From positions 160,001 through 224,000 of the forward strand of contig CAWIGG010000002.1 in NCBI GenBank assembly GCA_963835575.1: a stretch of DNA of 64,000 nt. The letters are read 5' to 3'. Made by a program: the position numbers and the translations under genes. Positions 49,035 to 58,206 of this stretch are shown piece by piece; the stretch's first letter is position 1, and each line of letters opens with the position of its first letter. Source of the DNA: an uncultured Spirochaetota bacterium. GTDB taxonomy: Bacteria; Spirochaetota; Brevinematia; Brevinematales; JAOACQ01. Below the pieces are notes generated by a model. The model was not told the DNA's origin. It worked only from the letters and a program-made list of their open reading frames with translations, and did no database searches.

Positions 49035-50312
49035 ATGAGACTATTTAGTAAGTTTTTTGCGGTAGCAGCAGTTTTTACTTTAATGCTTGGTTGCTCGGTC
49101 GCTCCTTCTTCGAATGAAAATCCGGTGGGAGCAATCGGCAGTACTCCGGTGAACAAAGCGACTGTCACGCTTTCGGCGCAGTATGACATTTGTTGGATCG
49201 CTTCAACGACGTCAAATTACTGTGTACAGCAGGACGTCTGGAACCCGATCAGCGGATGGGTGCAGACCATGACGGTAGATAACCAGACTGGAGACTTTAC
49301 AGTCGCATCGTGCAACGCGAACTATACAGGCGGATCGCCCATGTCTTACCCGTCTATTTACAAAGGGAACCATTACGGTACGATAACCAGAAGCAGTGGT
49401 ATGCCTATGGCGGTAAGCGCGTTAAGCAGTTTGAACTGCACATGGACAGCCACTACTATCAGTTCAGGCATCTGGGATGCCGCTTATGATGTATGGTTCG
49501 AAAACGGTACTTACTCAAGCGGTAATTACAACGGGGCCGAGCTGATGATCTGGGTTGCCCATCTTGGAGGAACCCAGCCTGTCGGTTCGCAGGTAGCGTC
49601 ATCGGTATCACTCGGCGGATCAACCTGGAATGTATGGTTTGGAAACTCAGGCTGGAATGTAATATCTTATGTGAGAACAGCTAATGGATCATCAGGCAGT
49701 TTTGATGTAAAAGCCTTTATCAATGACGCTGTAAGCAGAGGTTATATCCAGAATAGCTGGAACCTGGAAGCTGTTGAGGCGGGTTTCGAAATCTGGTCGG
49801 GCGGAGTCGGTCTGAAATCCTCCGGTTTTACAGTTTCGGTTAACGGCGGCGGCGGCACATCATCCACGCCGGCTGCCAGTTCGAGCCGTTCAAGCGCAGC
49901 TTCGAGTGTTGCATCCTCAGCTGCGGTGAGCTCCAGCCGCTCGAGTGTTGCTTCCAGCGCAGCGGCTTCCAGTACAGCTGCTTCATCAGGCGGATATGCG
50001 GTTAATTACACCGTCAACAATGACTGGGGCGCGGGCGCTACATGCACAGTTACTGTAAAGAACAATAGCGCAACAGCAGTAAACGGCTGGACCTTAGTAT
50101 GGACATTCGCGGGCAATCAGACGCTTACGCAGATCTGGAACGCTACATATACCGCAAGCGGCGCTACAGTTACCGTCAAAAACGCAAGTTATAACAATGT
50201 TATCGGCGCGAACGGTGGAACGCAGGCTTTCGGCTTCAATCTGAGCTATAGCGGTTCAAACGCCAAGCCGACAGCGTTCACTTTGAACGGTACGGCATGC
50301 TCACTTTATTAG
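49035..50312 (+). CDS. Lipoprotein GH12 endoglucanase-linker-CBM2
   Basis: SYPSIY.G.HYG, W.AAYDVW, ELMIW, QPVGS, EAGFEIW. Confidence 0.93.
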   Translation: MRLFSKFFAVAAVFTLMLGCSVAPSSNENPVGAIGSTPVNKATVTLSAQYDICWIASTTSNYCVQQDVWNPISGWVQTMTVDNQTGDFTVASCNANYTGGSPMSYPSIYKGNHYGTITRSSGMPMAVSALSSLNCTWTATTISSGIWDAAYDVWFENGTYSSGNYNGAELMIWVAHLGGTQPVGSQVASSVSLGGSTWNVWFGNSGWNVISYVRTANGSSGSFDVKAFINDAVSRGYIQNSWNLEAVEAGFEIWSGGVGLKSSGFTVSVNGGGGTSSTPAASSSRSSAASSVASSAAVSSSRSSVASSAAASSTAASSGGYAVNYTVNNDWGAGATCTVTVKNNSATAVNGWTLVWTFAGNQTLTQIWNATYTASGATVTVKNASYNNVIGANGGTQAFGFNLSYSGSNAKPTAFTLNGTACSLY

Positions 50313-50385
50313 AAATTGAAGAACGGCAGTGCAATAGCCGGTTCGTTAAAGCAGAACATTGACACTGCAAAAAAATGACTGAATC

Positions 50386-50417
50386 AACCTCCCTCTAAAT
50401 CAGAGGGAGGTTTTTTT
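50386..50417 (+). terminator. Intrinsic terminator (CCTCCCTC family)
   Basis: AACCTCCCTCT...AGAGGGAGGTT followed by a T tract. Confidence 0.8.
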
Positions 50418-50447
50418 ATGATAATTTTATAAAGTAAGAGAAAATCC

Positions 50448-50513
50448 ATACTCAAGGTACTGTTAAATCCATACTCAAGGTTTGCCATATTTTAAAAAGT
50501 ATTTGTTTATAAT
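50448..50513 (+). promoter_or_regulatory. Cellulase promoter 4
   Basis: ATACTCAAGGTAC (50448), ATACTCAAGGTTT (50471), TATAAT (50508). Confidence 0.75.
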
Positions 50514-50563
50514 ATAAATTCGTTAGTAATGTCATGGAATAATATAAATAAAGGAGGAAAAGC

Positions 50564-53161
50564 ATGAAAAGTATTTTTAAGAACAGTTTATCATTATTAT
50601 CTTTATTTGCTCTCCTATTCTTCTTTTTATTTTTTGCTTCCTGTTCTCTCAATTTTAATAATGGTAAAAACTCCGAAGGTTTTTCAGGATTGAATCATGC
50701 GGCAACAAAAGCGACATCATTCAATTACGCCGATGCGTTCGCCAAGTCGATTCTTATGTATGATGTGAACTGGTGCGGACCGGATGCCGGTTCGAACCGC
50801 CTTCCATGGAGGGGTCCATGCCACACAAGCGACGGCGCCGATGTGGGACTGGACCTGTCCGGCGGTTTTCATGACTGCGGCGATCATGTCAAGTTCGGCC
50901 AGACGCAGTGTTACTCCGCCGCTACCCTTGGGTGGGCATATTATGAGTTCAAGGATGTTTTCGTTGCCAAAGGTCAGGATGCTTATCTGCTGAAAGTTCT
51001 CAAGCATTTTACGGATTATTTTCTGAAATGCTTCCCGAACGCTAACACATTCTATTATCAGTGCGGAGACGGGGCGACCGACCATCCCTACTGGGGTCCG
51101 CCTGAACTGCAGACCCTGTCCATCAGCACCAGACCGACTCTCTACTCGGCCACTCCGACAGCGCCGGGTTCCGATGTCTGCGGCGATGCAGCCGCGGCCC
51201 TGGCTCTCATGTACCTGGATTACAAAGATAAGGATTCGGCTTACGCCTCAAAATGTCTGACGGCGGCTCAGGGTATTTATACGCTTGGGAAAACCTATCC
51301 AGGCCTCTCCCAGAGCGGCGGGTTTTACGGGGCGAGCATTTACCTTGATGATCTCAGCTGGGGCGCCTTATGGCTTTATATGGCAACGAGCAACAGCACC
51401 TATATGACTGATATCAGCAACTATTTGGTCAGTGCGGGCATCTCTGAAGCGAACCAGTACGCCAACAGCTGGACTTACTGCTGGGATAACGTATGGGCCG
51501 GCGTGTTTGTCAAATTGGCCCAGATCACGAATAGGGGACTTTATAAATACTGCGCGGATTATAATATGAATTACTGGGTTTCCAATATCTCCAGAACCCC
51601 CGGCGGTTTCTGCTTCCTCAATTCCTGGGGAAACTGCAGATATGTCTCGGCCCAGTGCATGCTGGCAATGGTATATAATAAAACCGTATCCAACCAGGCC
51701 TATGTTGATTTCACAAAATCACAGATAGATTATATACTGGGTAATAATCCGCTGAGCCTTTCGTATGAATGCGGTTTTGGAACGAACTATCCTCATTTCC
51801 CGCATAACCGCGCGGCAAGCGGACGGTTTGAATATCCGCCTGCCAATGAACATAAGACCGATCCGGAAAGGCATCTGCCTTATGGATTTCTGGTTGGCGG
51901 CCCGGATGCCAACGATAATTTCAGCGATGATCCCAATAACTTTGTATTCACTGAGGGCGGTATCGATTACAATGCCGGGTTTGTCGGAGCTCTCGCGGGC
52001 ATGACCGCAATTTACGGCATGTCTCAGACTCCGGAAGCGACGCCCGGGATAGAGTCCACGAACTCACCTTACTATATCAGCGCCTATGTCGCTTCAGAGA
52101 ACAATCAGGGGTCGACCATTTATGCCTATTTGAATAATATATCGGTTCTTCCCCCGCATTATGAGACAAACTTGTCATTCAGGTACTTTGTGAATTTGAG
52201 CGAATACTTTTCCACGAATTCGAACGTGACCAGCGCCGTGACATGCTCCGTCTATTACGGACCTACCAATGCGGTTGTGTCGGTATTACAGCCATGGGAT
52301 GCGGCAAACGGGATTTATTACATCGAAGCCAGTGCTCCGAATTCGCTGTTATACGGAAAAGTTCCCTTTGAGTTTTCCCTTCATGCCTATGACTACACAT
52401 GCTGGAATCCGTCTAACGATTTCTCCAGAACAGGACTGACAACCGCCACGAACGATGTCATGACAGTCTATATTCCGGTGTACCGGAACGGGGTGCTGAT
52501 ATACGGCAATGAACCTCCGAAAGGCGGTTCATCCAGCAGTACGGCGTCTTCAACAGCAGTCAGCTCAAGCCGGGCCGCATCCTCAATAGCAGCAAGCTCG
52601 AGCCTGGCCGCGTCCAGCGTCGCTTCTTCTGCGGCAGTCAGTTCGAGCCGCTCCAGCGCGGCATCTTCAGCGGCGGTCAGTTCCAGCAGATCGAGCGCTG
52701 CATCTTCAACAGCAGTCAGCTCAAGCCGGGCATCAAGTGTTACAAGCAGTGCCGCGTCATCGGCTGCCGTGAGTTCGAGCCGGGCTGTGTCCAGTGCGGC
52801 TTCAAGTGTCGCGGTTTCCAGCACAGCAGCCTCGTCAGGCGGATATGCAGTTAATTATGCCGTCAATAACGATTGGGGCGCAGGCGCCACTGTGACCGTG
52901 ACGATTAAGAATAATAGCACGACAGCGGTCAATGGATGGACACTGGTCTGGACTTACGCCGGCAATCAGGCAATCACGCAAATATGGAACGCCACGCAGA
53001 CATCTAGCGGCGAAACGATTACTGTAAATAGCTTAAGCTATAGTGGAACAATCGGCGCGAACGGCGGGACTCAAAGTTTCGGTTTTAATCTGAGCTACAG
53101 CGGAACAAACGCCAAGCCGGCTGCGTTTACTTTGAACGGGACTGCCTGTTCACTATATTAA
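50564..53161 (+). CDS. Lipoprotein GH9-CBM3-linker-CBM2 (second GH9 subtype)
   Basis: Lipobox FASC; GGFHDCGDHVKF, TEGGIDYNA, NLSFRYF, C-terminal CBM2. Confidence 0.94.
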   Translation: MKSIFKNSLSLLSLFALLFFFLFFASCSLNFNNGKNSEGFSGLNHAATKATSFNYADAFAKSILMYDVNWCGPDAGSNRLPWRGPCHTSDGADVGLDLSGGFHDCGDHVKFGQTQCYSAATLGWAYYEFKDVFVAKGQDAYLLKVLKHFTDYFLKCFPNANTFYYQCGDGATDHPYWGPPELQTLSISTRPTLYSATPTAPGSDVCGDAAAALALMYLDYKDKDSAYASKCLTAAQGIYTLGKTYPGLSQSGGFYGASIYLDDLSWGALWLYMATSNSTYMTDISNYLVSAGISEANQYANSWTYCWDNVWAGVFVKLAQITNRGLYKYCADYNMNYWVSNISRTPGGFCFLNSWGNCRYVSAQCMLAMVYNKTVSNQAYVDFTKSQIDYILGNNPLSLSYECGFGTNYPHFPHNRAASGRFEYPPANEHKTDPERHLPYGFLVGGPDANDNFSDDPNNFVFTEGGIDYNAGFVGALAGMTAIYGMSQTPEATPGIESTNSPYYISAYVASENNQGSTIYAYLNNISVLPPHYETNLSFRYFVNLSEYFSTNSNVTSAVTCSVYYGPTNAVVSVLQPWDAANGIYYIEASAPNSLLYGKVPFEFSLHAYDYTCWNPSNDFSRTGLTTATNDVMTVYIPVYRNGVLIYGNEPPKGGSSSSTASSTAVSSSRAASSIAASSSLAASSVASSAAVSSSRSSAASSAAVSSSRSSAASSTAVSSSRASSVTSSAASSAAVSSSRAVSSAASSVAVSSTAASSGGYAVNYAVNNDWGAGATVTVTIKNNSTTAVNGWTLVWTYAGNQAITQIWNATQTSSGETITVNSLSYSGTIGANGGTQSFGFNLSYSGTNAKPAAFTLNGTACSLY

Positions 53162-53207
53162 TGATTGGAATATTGGACTTATGTAAAAATTAATAAAGTT
53201 ATAGGAC

Positions 53208-53248
53208 AGCCGGGTTGGTTCTTACCAACCTGGCTTCTGTTTTTTTTT
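53208..53248 (+). terminator. Hairpin with T tract between two GH9 genes
   Basis: AGCCGGGTTGGT-TCTT-ACCAACCTGGCT followed by a T run. Confidence 0.65.
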
Positions 53249-53404
53249 AAATAAGTAAAATATATTATTAAAGAAGAGGAAGGCCTGTATTGAGGATAAA
53301 TTAATAAGAGTCTAAGTTAAGGTTTTGTTATCTCGGAAAAACGGGGATTTTCGAAAGTTTAAACTGAGCCTGAAAATTTAAAATTTTAGATTAGGAGGAT
53401 AAAT

Positions 53405-55966
53405 ATGAAAAAAGCTGTTATGCTTTTTCTGGTTCTTTCAATTTTTGCATTTTTTTGGATGTTTTCATGCAGTGTTATGCCTGGAGGTAAAGGCAATAAT
53501 GTAATCAGTCATGGTACAGATTCCAGGGCAACCAGCTTCAATTATGCCGATGCCTTCTCCAAAGCCATCATGTTTTATGAGGCGAGCTGGTGCGGGCCTG
53601 ACGCGGGATCCAACCGGCTGCCTTGGAGGGCGGCATGCCACACGAGCGACGGCGCGGATGTCGGGCTGGATTTGACCGGCGGTTTTCATGACTGCGGCGA
53701 CCATGTCAAGTTCGGTCTGACACAGGTCTACTCGGCCGCGACACTGGGCTGGGCTTATTATGAATACAAGGATGTTTTCACGGCTAAAGGCCAGGACGGC
53801 TATCTGTTGAGGATATTAAAGCATTTTACGGATTATTTCCTGAAGTGCTACCCGAATGCAACGACCTTTTACTACCAGTGCGGCGAAGGAAATTCAGACC
53901 ATATCTACTGGGGCCCGCCGGAACTGCAGACTACCGCTATTACGCCGAGGCCCACTCAATATGTTGCCAATACTTCTACACCAGCGTCGGATGTCACGGC
54001 TACCGCTGCGGCAGCCCTGGCTCTGATGTATATGAACTATCTGGATAAAGACTCGGCTTATGCCAATAAATGCCTGACTGCGGCTAAAAGCCTCTATACT
54101 TTTGCTAAAACCTATCTGGGCTTAAGCCAGAGCGGCGGATTTTATACTTCCAGCGGCTACTGGGACGATCTCTGCTGGGGGGCTGTCTGGCTTTATACGG
54201 CAACAACAAACAGCAGTTATCTGAATGATGTGAATACTTTCCTCTCCAATAAAAATATCACCGATTCGAGCCCCTACAATAATCACTGGACCCACTGCTG
54301 GGACGATCAATGGGGAGGGGTATTTTTAAAACTGTCCCAGATAACCAACAGGCCTCTGTTCAAATTCATAGTCGAGGATAACCTGAGCTACTGGATGACC
54401 AATGTGGCCAGAACACCTGCCGGTTTTTGCTATTTTAATTCATGGGGAAACTGCAGATATGTGGCCGCGGAATGCATGCTGGCGCTTGTCTATTATAAAT
54501 CCACAACAAATCAGGCGTATCTTGATTTTGCCAAATCGCAGATAGATTATATTCTGGGCAATAATCCGAATGGCTTTTCATGCGAAGTGGGCTTTGGGAA
54601 CAACTATCCGCACTTTCCTCACCACCGTGCGGCCAGCGGACGGTTTGAGTATCCGCCTGCAAATGAATCCTCGAAAGATCCGGAAAGGCACCTGCTTTAC
54701 GGAGCGCTTCCAGGCGGCCCCTCAGACGGCAGCGATAACTATGTGGATGATATAAGCCAGTACGCGAGCACCGAGGTCGGTATTGATTATAACGCCGGAT
54801 TTGTGGGAGCTCTGGCCGGGATAGTCCAGCTTTACGGCATGTCGCAGACCCCGGAAGCCACACCCGGCATAGAAACCAATGCACAGTATTATGTTACTGC
54901 CTATATATCGGAGGAGAATAATACGCATTCAACGGTCATGGCCTATCTGAATAATATTTCAGTCCTTCCGCCGCATTATGAGACAAATCTTTCTTTCAGA
55001 TATTTTGTGAATTTAAGCGAGTACACCAATCCGACCAGCGCCGTGACCGCTTCTCTCTGGTGGGCGCCGTCGAACGCTGTCATCTCGGCACTGCAGCCAT
55101 GGGATACTGCGAACAGTGTTTATTATGTGGAACTCAAAGCCACGGGCATGCCGATGTACGGCCCAATTCCTTTTGAATTTGCGGTGAATGCGTATTCCTA
55201 TTCCTGCTGGAACCCTTCCAATGATTATTCTAGGACAGGACTGACCACTTCCACCAACAGCGTCATTACCACTTATATCCCGGTATACAGGAACGGGGTT
55301 CTGATATTCGGTAATGAACCTCCGAAAGGCGGTTCATCCAGCAGTACGGCGTCTTCAACTGCTGTCAGCTCGAGCCGGGCCGCATCCTCAATAGCAGCAA
55401 GCTCGAGCCTGGCTGCGTCCAGCGTAGCTTCTTCCGCGGCAGTAAGCTCCAGCCGGTCCAGTGCGGCATCTTCAACGGCGGTCAGTTCGAGCAGATCGAG
55501 CGTTGCATCTTCAACTGCCGTCAGCTCGAGCCGGGCCGCATCCAGTGCGGCTTCAAGTGTTGCCTCCTCGGTTGCTGTGAGTTCCAGCCGGGCCGCAAGT
55601 GTCGCTTCCAGCGTCGCGGCTTCCAGTTCGGCAGCCTCATCAGGCGGTTACGCTGTTAATTATACGGTTAATAACGACTGGGGCGCCGGAGCCACAGTTA
55701 CGGTAACAATGAAGAACAATTCCGCTTCGGCCCTTTCGAGCTGGTCTCTTGTTTGGACATATGCAGGCAATCAACAGATCACCCAGATCTGGAGCGCCAC
55801 GCAGACAACCAGCGGCGAGACAGTTACGGCCGTCAATCTCAGCTATAACGGCACGATCGGGGCAAACGGAGGGACACAGTCCTTCGGCTTTAACATGAGC
55901 TACAGCGGATCGAATGCCAAACCGACGGCTTTTACGCTGAACGGGACGGCATGTACGACCTATTAG
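53405..55966 (+). CDS. Lipoprotein GH9-CBM3-linker-CBM2 (second GH9 subtype)
   Basis: Lipobox MFSC; DCGDHVKF, PHHR, TEVGIDYNA, C-terminal CBM2. Confidence 0.94.
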   Translation: MKKAVMLFLVLSIFAFFWMFSCSVMPGGKGNNVISHGTDSRATSFNYADAFSKAIMFYEASWCGPDAGSNRLPWRAACHTSDGADVGLDLTGGFHDCGDHVKFGLTQVYSAATLGWAYYEYKDVFTAKGQDGYLLRILKHFTDYFLKCYPNATTFYYQCGEGNSDHIYWGPPELQTTAITPRPTQYVANTSTPASDVTATAAAALALMYMNYLDKDSAYANKCLTAAKSLYTFAKTYLGLSQSGGFYTSSGYWDDLCWGAVWLYTATTNSSYLNDVNTFLSNKNITDSSPYNNHWTHCWDDQWGGVFLKLSQITNRPLFKFIVEDNLSYWMTNVARTPAGFCYFNSWGNCRYVAAECMLALVYYKSTTNQAYLDFAKSQIDYILGNNPNGFSCEVGFGNNYPHFPHHRAASGRFEYPPANESSKDPERHLLYGALPGGPSDGSDNYVDDISQYASTEVGIDYNAGFVGALAGIVQLYGMSQTPEATPGIETNAQYYVTAYISEENNTHSTVMAYLNNISVLPPHYETNLSFRYFVNLSEYTNPTSAVTASLWWAPSNAVISALQPWDTANSVYYVELKATGMPMYGPIPFEFAVNAYSYSCWNPSNDYSRTGLTTSTNSVITTYIPVYRNGVLIFGNEPPKGGSSSSTASSTAVSSSRAASSIAASSSLAASSVASSAAVSSSRSSAASSTAVSSSRSSVASSTAVSSSRAASSAASSVASSVAVSSSRAASVASSVAASSSAASSGGYAVNYTVNNDWGAGATVTVTMKNNSASALSSWSLVWTYAGNQQITQIWSATQTTSGETVTAVNLSYNGTIGANGGTQSFGFNMSYSGSNAKPTAFTLNGTACTTY

Positions 55967-56014
55967 GTGATCGGTCAGAAATGAAATATAAGAAATAATT
56001 TCAAAGGAGGATTT

Positions 56015-57985
56015 GTGAAAAATTCAAAATTCGCTTTGCTTTCAGGATTGATGCTATTGGTACTTCCATTATGTTTGACATGCAGCCTGAATATGTCAGG
56101 TAACAATGACAAAGGCGCCATTTCTGAAACAAGCGTGAAAAAAGCGACCACAGGTTTCTCCATCAGCGGCAGGAATCTGATTGACGCCAATGGCAATCAG
56201 TTCATTTTAAGAGGTATTGCCCATGCGCATGTCTGGTATGAGAGCCAGATTACCAATGCTTTGAGCGGCATCAAAAGCGTGGGTGCCAACTGCGTCAGGA
56301 TTGTCCTGGGCTGCGGAGTCCAGTGGGGCCCGAATACAGCCGCCGATGTGTCCAATGTGATCGCATTATGCAAGGCAAACAGGCTGATCGGAATACTCGA
56401 AGTGCATGATACCACCGGTTACGGGGATGCCTCAGCGGCATGCAGCCTGGCCACGGCGGTGACATACTGGCAGTCGATCAAGAGCGTCCTGGACGGACAG
56501 GAAAAATACATCATTATCAATATCGGGAATGAGCCGTACGGCAACAACAATGTCGCCAACTGGGTCGCTGATACGGAGAACGCTATTAAATCGATGAGAA
56601 GCGCCGGGTTCCAGCATACGCTGATGGTAGATGCTCCAAATTGGGGGCAGGATTACTCTTTTATGATGCTGACCAATGCCACAGCGGTGTTTAATTCCGA
56701 TGTGAACAAGAATACGATTCTCTCGGTACATATGTATGAAGTTTATCAAACCATCACACCCATTACAAATTATATAACTCAATTTATGGCCTTGAATCTT
56801 CCCCTTGTGATCGGCGAGTTTGGATGTTCAAATAACGGGCAATATGTGGATGCGGCCGATGTCATGGCGACAGCACAGTCGCAGGGAATCGGCTACATGG
56901 CCTGGTCCTGGTGTGGGAACAGCTCCCCAGTTCTGGATATGGTCGTTAATTGGGATGCCAGCCAGTTGACGAGCTGGGGAAATATGGCGATTAACGGTGC
57001 CAACGGCATTAAAGCCACTGCTAAAGAATGCACGGTATTCAGCGGTGTATCATCCAGTTCGGTTTCCAGTATTTCGTCCGCCGTGAGCTCCAGCCGCTCG
57101 AGTGTCGCATCTTCAGTGGCTGTGAGTTCGAGCCTGTCCAGTATTGCTTCTTCAGTTGCTGTCAGCTCCAGCCAGGCGAGCAGTATAGCCAGTTCCGCTT
57201 CATCCTCAGTCCAGTATCAGAATATTACTCTTCCGTTCAGCTTTGACGGCGCGGGAGAATTATACTGGCAGACAAGCGGTACGATCACCAGCATGAATTC
57301 CTGGAATCTTGATGCGCTGGATGTGAATGGGACAAGCTTTAAAAATGTGTATGTCGCCGGAAGCAGCCTGCCCGCGAAACAGAATGGATACTACTACATT
57401 CACTATAAGGGGTCATATTCCTATAGTCATGTTGAAATTGCCGGCACATCAGGATCGGTGAGCAGCAGTTCGATAGCTGTCAGTTCCAGCCCGGCAAGCA
57501 GTGTCGCTTCTTCAATAGCGGCAAGCTCCAGCCGTGCAGCCTCTTCAATAGCAGCTAGCTCTAGCAGATCGAGTATTGCATCTTCAGTAGCAGTCAGCTC
57601 AAGCCTGGCCGCATCCAGTGTCGCTTCCAGTGCGGCATCGAGCACGGCTTCCAGCACAAGCGGCGGGTATGCAGTGAATTATACCGTCAATAATGACTGG
57701 GGCGCGGGCGCCACAGTCACGGTAACCATAAAGAACAATTCCGCAACGGCCCTTTCGAGCTGGTCTCTTGTCTGGACATTTGCGGGCAATCAGCAGATCA
57801 CTCAGATCTGGAGCGCCACGCAGACAACCAGCGGCGCGACCGTTACTGCGAATAGTTTAACTTATAACGGCGCGATCGGCGCGAACGGCGGGACGCAGAG
57901 TTTCGGCTTCAATTTGAACTACAGCGGCTCGAACGCCAAACCGACGTCGTTTACTCTAAACGGGACGGCATGTACGCTCTATTAG
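56015..57985 (+). CDS. Lipoprotein GH5_8-like endo-mannanase-linker-CBM64-linker-CBM2
   Basis: H.H.WY, EVHDTTG, NIGNEPYG (intact), DAPNWGQD, SVHMY, IGEFG, AWSW.GN; internal LPFSFDGAGELYW...NSWNLD...YYIHYKG...HVEI. Confidence 0.92.
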   Translation: MKNSKFALLSGLMLLVLPLCLTCSLNMSGNNDKGAISETSVKKATTGFSISGRNLIDANGNQFILRGIAHAHVWYESQITNALSGIKSVGANCVRIVLGCGVQWGPNTAADVSNVIALCKANRLIGILEVHDTTGYGDASAACSLATAVTYWQSIKSVLDGQEKYIIINIGNEPYGNNNVANWVADTENAIKSMRSAGFQHTLMVDAPNWGQDYSFMMLTNATAVFNSDVNKNTILSVHMYEVYQTITPITNYITQFMALNLPLVIGEFGCSNNGQYVDAADVMATAQSQGIGYMAWSWCGNSSPVLDMVVNWDASQLTSWGNMAINGANGIKATAKECTVFSGVSSSSVSSISSAVSSSRSSVASSVAVSSSLSSIASSVAVSSSQASSIASSASSSVQYQNITLPFSFDGAGELYWQTSGTITSMNSWNLDALDVNGTSFKNVYVAGSSLPAKQNGYYYIHYKGSYSYSHVEIAGTSGSVSSSSIAVSSSPASSVASSIAASSSRAASSIAASSSRSSIASSVAVSSSLAASSVASSAASSTASSTSGGYAVNYTVNNDWGAGATVTVTIKNNSATALSSWSLVWTFAGNQQITQIWSATQTTSGATVTANSLTYNGAIGANGGTQSFGFNLNYSGSNAKPTSFTLNGTACTLY

Positions 57986-58045
57986 GAATAGGAATGCGTC
58001 AGCATGATCGCCAAAAATTTTGATGCGGTAAAATAATATTGAATC

Positions 58046-58079
58046 ATCCTCCCTCCGGATTTCGGAGGGAGGATTTTTT
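58046..58079 (+). terminator. Intrinsic terminator (CCTCCCTC family)
   Basis: ATCCTCCCTCCG...CGGAGGGAGGAT followed by a T tract. Confidence 0.8.
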
Positions 58080-58206
58080 ATTTTAATAATCTTCATGATT
58101 TTATAGAAATGTATCCCTGGTATCTGCGTCTTTTCATGTTATTATTATTTTTTTAAATATTGCATTTTTTTTAAACAGGTATATAATTAAGTAACTGGGG
58201 GTTCGT

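Noticed and set aside
52468..52824. Minus-strand ORFs with LELTAA repeats (also 57427-57657)
   Set aside because: Antisense shadows of the Ser/Ala/Val linker
33020..57985. Apparent excess of S/T-N and N-x-S/T motifs as a glycosylation signal
   Set aside because: A rough count is compatible with the high N, S and T content; it cannot be supported without statistics
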